64,000 nt of DNA, from the NCBI GenBank assembly GCA_040901675.1, contig JBBDYJ010000038.1:32001-96000 (forward strand), written 5' to 3'. The translations under genes were made by a program, and so were the position numbers. This document shows, one piece after another, positions 58,734-64,000 of this stretch. Under the pieces are notes generated by a model, which made no database searches, had not been told where the DNA came from, and saw only the letters and a program-made list of their open reading frames with translations. This stretch comes from Pirellulales bacterium (lineage in GTDB: Bacteria > Planctomycetota > Planctomycetia > Pirellulales > JAICIG01). Position 1 is the first letter of the stretch. Each line of letters begins with the position of its first letter.

Positions 58734-60320
58734 ATGTCCGTTGCCCATTTGAACGCACCCGCCGTCGATATCCATCGCGATCGTTCCCGCTCGCCCGCTC
58801 GTTGGATCGCGGCGGTCGAGATCGCGCTGATCGTCGCCGTCTTCGCCTTGCAGGCGGCCTGGCCCATCCCCGACCCCAACGAACCGCACTATCTCGGCAA
58901 GGCCAGGCATTTCTGGGACCCGCAATGGGTGCCCGACGATTTCTTCTTCAACTCGGCCGACACGCACCTGGTCTTCTATGTCAGCCTCGGCTGGCTGGCC
59001 AACTGGCTTTCACTCACGGCATTTGCCTGGACCGGCCGCTTCTGTACCTGGCTGCTCTTGGCCTGGAGCTGGCGGCGGCTCAGTTACGCGCTGCTGCCGC
59101 GGCCCGGCTGGGCCGTGCTATCCGCCGCCATCTTCCTCACGCTCAACGTCTGCTGCCACATGGCCGGCGAGTGGGTCGTCGGCGGTTTTGAGGCCAAGGG
59201 ACTGGCCTACGTGTTGGTGTTCCTCGGACTGGCCGAGATCGTCCGCGACCGCTGGAATGCGGCCTGGCTGCTGCTGGGCGCCGCCTCGTCGCTGCACGTC
59301 CTCGTGGGCGGCTGGTCCACCATCGCCGCCGCCATTTGCTGGCTGACGCTCCCCGCGCGGCCGGCGCTGCGGTCGATGCTCCCCGGCCTGGCCGGCGGCC
59401 TTCTGTTTTCGCTGCCCGGCCTGGCCGCCGCGCTGGCGATCAATTGGGGAGTCGAGTCGGAGATCGTGGCCGAGGCCAACACGCTCTACGTCTATCGCCG
59501 CCTGCGGCACCACCTGGTTCCCCAGAGCTTCGGCGCCTGGATGCTCGCCCGGCACCTGCTGATGATCCTGCTCTGGCTCGCCTTGATCCGGCTGACGCCT
59601 GTCGACCCGGCGCAGCGGCGGTTGCGAGGCATCGTGGCCGGCGCCGTCGCCATTGCCGTGTTGGGGTTCGTCATCAGCCTCGTCCTGCAGAACCACCCCA
59701 CAACCGCCGCCGCCTTGTTGCGGCTCTACTGGTTCCGTCTCTCCGACTCGCTCGTTCCGGCCGGCGTGGCCCTCACCGCCATCGTGTACGCGGCCCGCCA
59801 GCCTCATCAACGATACAAAACCGCGCGCTGGTGCGCCGGCTGGCTGGTCGTGTGCGCCGTCCTGGCGGCGGCCAACCACCACGAGTATGCAGCCGCGCGG
59901 TTTTTCGGCGGACCGCCGCGGGCCGACAAGCCGGGCAAAGTGATCGACTACGCCGACTGGCGGGCCGCCTGCGACTGGGCCGCCGAGCACACGCCGTCCG
60001 ACGCCCGCTTCCTCACGCCCCGCTTGGCGCAGACGTTCAAGTGGTATGCCGCGCGCAGCGAAGTGGTGTCGTGGAAAGACGTGCCGCAAGACGCCCGCGC
60101 CATTGTCGAATGGTGGCGGCGGCTGAACGACATCCACGGCCTGCGCGATCGGGTCGGCGGCCCGCGATGGCACGACTCGCTCGCCGAGCTCAGCGAGCAG
60201 CGGCTCCGCCGGCTGGGCCGCGCGTACCGGGCCGGGTACCTGCTCACCGAATCCCGGCCGCGTCTCGATCTGCCGCGCCTCTATCACAATGCCTCTTATG
60301 CGATCTACCGTGTGGAATGA
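58734..60320 (+). CDS. Polytopic membrane protein (DUF6798-like C-terminus)
   Basis: PDPNEPHYL, AGEWVVGGFEAK, many TM segments, FKWYA.RSEVV.WKDVPQD. Confidence 0.7.
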   Translation: MSVAHLNAPAVDIHRDRSRSPARWIAAVEIALIVAVFALQAAWPIPDPNEPHYLGKARHFWDPQWVPDDFFFNSADTHLVFYVSLGWLANWLSLTAFAWTGRFCTWLLLAWSWRRLSYALLPRPGWAVLSAAIFLTLNVCCHMAGEWVVGGFEAKGLAYVLVFLGLAEIVRDRWNAAWLLLGAASSLHVLVGGWSTIAAAICWLTLPARPALRSMLPGLAGGLLFSLPGLAAALAINWGVESEIVAEANTLYVYRRLRHHLVPQSFGAWMLARHLLMILLWLALIRLTPVDPAQRRLRGIVAGAVAIAVLGFVISLVLQNHPTTAAALLRLYWFRLSDSLVPAGVALTAIVYAARQPHQRYKTARWCAGWLVVCAVLAAANHHEYAAARFFGGPPRADKPGKVIDYADWRAACDWAAEHTPSDARFLTPRLAQTFKWYAARSEVVSWKDVPQDARAIVEWWRRLNDIHGLRDRVGGPRWHDSLAELSEQRLRRLGRAYRAGYLLTESRPRLDLPRLYHNASYAIYRVE

Positions 60321-60958
60321 ACGGCGATTTTCCTGAACGCTTGCGGGCGCGGCTGCAGTCCAACCTGCCCGGCCGCGCCGCCCAGCGGCTCTTCGAGCCC
60401 GACCTCAGCTACGGCCGCCATTTCGGCCCGCCCACGGCGCACTCGCGGGCGGCCGCCGTCCTGGTGCTCTTATATCCGGCCCAGCACGGCTGGCACTTGC
60501 CGCTGACGGTCCGTCCGGCAACGATGGCCACGCACGCCGGCCAGATCAGCTTGCCCGGCGGCATGATCGAGCCCGGCGAAACGCCGGACCAGGCCGCGCT
60601 GCGCGAGCTCGCCGAAGAGCTCGGCGTCACGGCCGGCGAGGTTGACGTCCTCGGTCAGCTCTCGCCCCTCTACTTGTTCGCCAGCGACTTCATGGTCAAC
60701 CCCTGGGTCGCCGCGGCGGCCCGGCGGCCCGCTTGGGTGATCAATCCCACTGAAGTGGCCGAGTTGCTCGAGGTGCCACTCGTTCATCTCTTCGATCCCG
60801 CCAATGCCGGCCGTCACGCCCGCCGGCATCGCGGCATCGACTTCACCGCCCCCCATTTCCTTTGGGGCCGCCATCGTATCTGGGGCGCCACCAGCATGAT
60901 CCTCTCCGAGCTCCGCGAGCTCGGAAAGGAGGAAGGAGGAAGGAGGAAGGAGGAGTAA
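60317..60958 (+). CDS. Nudix hydrolase, CoA pyrophosphatase type
   Basis: AAVLVLL, HAGQISLPGG, AALRELAEELG, IWGAT; ATGA overlap. Confidence 0.9.
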   Translation: MNGDFPERLRARLQSNLPGRAAQRLFEPDLSYGRHFGPPTAHSRAAAVLVLLYPAQHGWHLPLTVRPATMATHAGQISLPGGMIEPGETPDQAALRELAEELGVTAGEVDVLGQLSPLYLFASDFMVNPWVAAAARRPAWVINPTEVAELLEVPLVHLFDPANAGRHARRHRGIDFTAPHFLWGRHRIWGATSMILSELRELGKEEGGRRKEE

Positions 60959-60963
60959 GGCGC

Positions 60964-61115
60964 GGGTGCCTGGGTCAAAGTCCCGGCGCGCCGGAATGCC
61001 CCAGTCTTCGTTCGTATCCTCCCGCGTTCGCCTTGCCCCCTGCTGCAAGTCCGCCTCTGGAGGATCACCTTGTCCCCTGGTCGATTCCTCCTTCCTCCTT
61101 CCTCCTTCTGCCTTC
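60964..61115 (+). repeat. REP-like element plus CT-rich tail
   Basis: GGGTGCCTGGGTCAAAGTCCCGGCGCGCCGGAATGCCCCAG, near-identical to 24407-24447. Confidence 0.7.
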
Positions 61116-61118
61116 CCA

Positions 61119-61337
61119 TCACCCCATGTCAACTTCCACCGGGATGCTTACACCGTCCTTGCGTTGTTTCTCGGACAGAAAATTCAGCCGTTCGAAGCCG
61201 ATCACATTGCCGCGGCGGTCCTTTACCAGGACCACGTCGTCGTCGGATTCCTCGCAAACATGTTCCTTCTTCGGATCGTCGAACCACACGCTGAGCGTAT
61301 TGCCCTTGCGGTCGAAATGGAGTCTCAACTTGTCCAT
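61119..61337 (-). CDS. DUF2283-like small protein
   Basis: LHFDRKGNTLSVWF...DVVLVKDRRGNVIGFE. Confidence 0.75.
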   Translation of the reverse strand: MDKLRLHFDRKGNTLSVWFDDPKKEHVCEESDDDVVLVKDRRGNVIGFERLNFLSEKQRKDGVSIPVEVDMG

Positions 61338-61628
61338 AGTTCCTTGCCTTTCTTGATGCCTTAACATCATTATCCGCGATTTGGCTCGATGTCGAGGTGC
61401 TCATTCAACTTGGTCGTTTGACCAGCCACTATTCAGACCCAGGCCTGCATTTTTTCGGACAGAACCGCTCCAAGGCCCACGACTTCCGGCCCTTGTCAGG
61501 CGACCACGATCTCCGTAGAGTGAACACTTGGTCCCACTCGGCCCCTCCGTCGTCATTCTTATTCTGCCTTCTGCCTTCGTCCTTCTGCCTTTATTCCTCC
61601 TTCCTCCTTCGTCCTTCTGCCTTCCCCG

Positions 61629-62285
61629 ATGCATGCTGTCGTCTTCGATCTCGACGGCCTCCTGTTCAACACCGAGGAGTTGTACCAGGAAGTCGGCACC
61701 GAGTTGTTGCGGAGGCGGGGCTGCACGTTCGAGGCGGAGTTGCTCAACGCCGTCATGGGCCGGCCCGGCAGCGTGGCCCTGCAGATGATGATCGATCATC
61801 ACCGGCTGGACGACACGGTCGAGGTCCTGGCCGCCGAGACCGCGGAGATCTTTCCGGCCATCCTCGACGCCCGACTGCGGCTCATGCCGGGCGCCGGCGA
61901 GCTGCTGGCGGCCCTGCAGCAAGCCGACATTCCCCGCGCGATCGCCACCAGCAGCGGCCGGCGTTTCCTCGACAACGTGTTGGCGCGCGTCGATCTGGCC
62001 GGCGCCTTCCACTTCTCCCTCACGTCCGAGGACGTCCAGCGCGGCAAGCCGGACCCCGAGATTTACCTTCTGGCGGCGGCCCGCTTCGGCATCGAGCCCG
62101 GCCGGATGCTCGTCCTGGAAGACAGTCAGAACGGCTGTCGCGCCGCCGTGGCCGCCGGCGCCATTGCCGTGGCCGTCCCCGCCGGCCACAGCCGCACCCA
62201 CGATTTCACCGGCGCCGCCCTCGTCGCCGACACTCTGGCCGACCCCCGCATCTACCACCTGCTCGGCCTGAAGGCAGCTACGTAG
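61629..62285 (+). CDS. HAD family phosphatase
   Basis: FDLDGLL.NTE, ATSS, GKPDPEIY, LEDSQNG. Confidence 0.92.
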   Translation: MHAVVFDLDGLLFNTEELYQEVGTELLRRRGCTFEAELLNAVMGRPGSVALQMMIDHHRLDDTVEVLAAETAEIFPAILDARLRLMPGAGELLAALQQADIPRAIATSSGRRFLDNVLARVDLAGAFHFSLTSEDVQRGKPDPEIYLLAAARFGIEPGRMLVLEDSQNGCRAAVAAGAIAVAVPAGHSRTHDFTGAALVADTLADPRIYHLLGLKAAT

Positions 62286-62622
62286 AACGGAATTCATTCC
62301 GTTTCCTTTGGTTGCCCCTGCCGGGCTGTCGCACTGCTAGCACTGTCCGCGATGCTATCACGTCACCCGATGCCTGCACCCTCGCACTTCCTATCCCCTT
62401 GTCGCCTTATCGATTCCTCCTTCCTCCTTCGTCCTTCTGCCTTCGTCCTTCTGCCCCCCTTCCCCCGCTCCCCCCTTCCCCCCTTCCTCAGCGGCGGCCG
62501 AAGGCCGACGCTCGTCTTGACCCTCCAACGGCGCCGGTGCTAGACTCGCCCCCGGCTGGGCCAACGAATGGCACGCCGGCAAGGATGTTCCTTCCACTCA
62601 TGATGGATCGCGAGATACGCGG

Positions 62623-63369
62623 ATGGCTTTAACGCTGGGGATCGTGCAGGTTTGTTCCGGGCCGAGAGCCAAGGGCGCCGCCGCCCGCAAGCTCGGCAGC
62701 CATTCGCTCGTCGAGCTCGTCGTCCGCCGCGTCACCGACTGCCAGCGCCTCGACCAGGTACTCGTCGTCGCCGACGAAGGCCTCGACCACAGCCGCCTCG
62801 CCGAGCTCGTCCCTCCCGACGTCCCCATCCATTCCAGCAGCCGGCCCGACATGCTCGGCCGCTTCGCCTCGGCCGTCGCCATCACCCACGCCTCGGCGGT
62901 CGTCCGCGTCTGTGCCGACAACCCCTTCGTCGAGCCCATGTTCATCGACCGCCTCGTCAGCACCGCCGACGCCCACCCCGAGTGCGACTACATCAGCTAC
63001 TGCTCCGCCGACGGCCGGCCCACCATCCTCTCCGCCCTGGGAGTGTTCGCGGAGTGGTGCCGGGCCGGCGCCCTCCTCCAAGCCGACCGCGAGGCCTCCG
63101 CCCCCGCCGACCGCGAGCAGGTCACCCGCTACCTCTACTCGCACCCCGAGAAGTTTCAGTTGCGGTTCATCCCGGTTCCGCCCGAGTTGGACCGCGACGA
63201 CATGCGGCTCACCGTCGACAGCGAGGAAGACTGGGAGCACGCCCAGACCATTTACGACGCCCTCGGTTTCGAAGGACTCGACTGGCAACGTATTGCCGGT
63301 TTGCTGCGGCGGCAGCCGGCATTGCGGCAGCGGATGGCCGTGCTGAACCGAAAGCACGCCCAGGCCTGA
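62623..63369 (+). CDS. SpsF-like cytidylyltransferase-family protein
   Basis: D.LGRF, VVRVCADNP, REQVT.YLY, RLTVDSEED. Confidence 0.8.
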   Translation: MALTLGIVQVCSGPRAKGAAARKLGSHSLVELVVRRVTDCQRLDQVLVVADEGLDHSRLAELVPPDVPIHSSSRPDMLGRFASAVAITHASAVVRVCADNPFVEPMFIDRLVSTADAHPECDYISYCSADGRPTILSALGVFAEWCRAGALLQADREASAPADREQVTRYLYSHPEKFQLRFIPVPPELDRDDMRLTVDSEEDWEHAQTIYDALGFEGLDWQRIAGLLRRQPALRQRMAVLNRKHAQA

Positions 63370-63415
63370 TTGCTCGCCGCGCGGCAGCGGCCCGCGCGGT
63401 TGGAAAGGATTCCGC

Positions 63416-64000
63416 GTGAGCGCCAAAACCATCTGCCTCGCCGGCGGCCGAACGATCGGACCCGGCGCCCCGGTGCTGGTCGTGGCCGAGATCGGGCAGA
63501 ACCACAACGGCAGCCTCGCCATCGCCGAGCAGTTGATCGACGCCGCCGCCTGGGCCGGCGCCGACGCCGTCAAGTTCGTCAAGCGCGATCTGGCCAGCGA
63601 GCTCTGCCGCGAGGCCAGCCGCCGACCCTACACCGGCCGCCACGCCTTCGGCTCCACCTACGGTGAGCACCGACGCGCCTTGGAGCTCTCCGCCGAAGAC
63701 CACGCACGCTTGTGCCGCCGCGCCCGCGGCCTCGGACTCATCTACCTCGCCACCGCCTGCGACCTGCCCAGCGCCCGCTTGCTGGAGACCCTGTCCGTCG
63801 AGGCCTTCAAAGTCGCTTCCCGCGACCTGGCCAATCTGCCGCTCCTGGAGTACGTCGCCAGCCGCGGCCGTCCGGTCTTCCTCTCCACCGGCATGTCGGC
63901 CTGGCCCGAGATCGACGAAGCCGTCGCCGTCCTCACCCGGCACGCCGCCCCCTTCATCCTGCTGCAATGCACTTCGCTCTACCCCACTCCCGACGAGCAC
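63416..64000 (+). CDS. N-acetylneuraminate synthase family protein (NeuB/SpsE-like), runs off window end
   Basis: GTG start; VAEIGQNHNGS, GADAVKF, FKVAS.DL.N, LSTGMS, LLQCTSLYPT; not in ORF track. Confidence 0.9.
   Translation, partial: MSAKTICLAGGRTIGPGAPVLVVAEIGQNHNGSLAIAEQLIDAAAWAGADAVKFVKRDLASELCREASRRPYTGRHAFGSTYGEHRRALELSAEDHARLCRRARGLGLIYLATACDLPSARLLETLSVEAFKVASRDLANLPLLEYVASRGRPVFLSTGMSAWPEIDEAVAVLTRHAAPFILLQCTSLYPTPDEH

Noticed and set aside
63209..64000. Minus-strand 263-aa ORF at the window end
   Set aside because: Shadow of the plus-strand NeuB-like gene starting at 63416.

Overview
GC-rich bacterial chromosome segment, most likely from a Planctomycete (two DUF1501 genes, planctomycete-type membrane-anchor genes, an ISAzo13-type transposase remnant). 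Housekeeping blocks are kdsB-pyrG/glmS, a helicase, tRNA-Ala(CGC), xylB, prpB-prpC and the start of a nonulosonate (spsF/neuB-like) locus. A decayed accessory region runs from about 15.7 to 29.9 kb. The main finding is an ~18.5-kb island (35.7-54.2 kb) that looks like one metal/redox-stress regulon. (1) It holds three genes split in the ORF track by in-frame TGA codons that sit exactly at Cys-motif positions, each followed by a SECIS-like hairpin: a UxxC redoxin, a CxxU thioredoxin-like/WD40 protein and an HMA lipoprotein with two TGAs (GMT-U-PFG-U). (2) It has a bufferin-like RiPP module: a Tat-type Cys-rich precursor, a DUF692 MNIO enzyme and a DUF2063 partner. (3) It has an ECF sigma/anti-sigma pair heading an RND-MFP-TolC efflux operon. 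A 71-bp promoter-like sequence is duplicated ahead of the RiPP and sigma operons, and CRP-type boxes lie ahead of each putative selenoprotein gene, next to a Crp/Fnr regulator. No sel machinery gene is in the window. All family calls come from motif recognition, not database searches.
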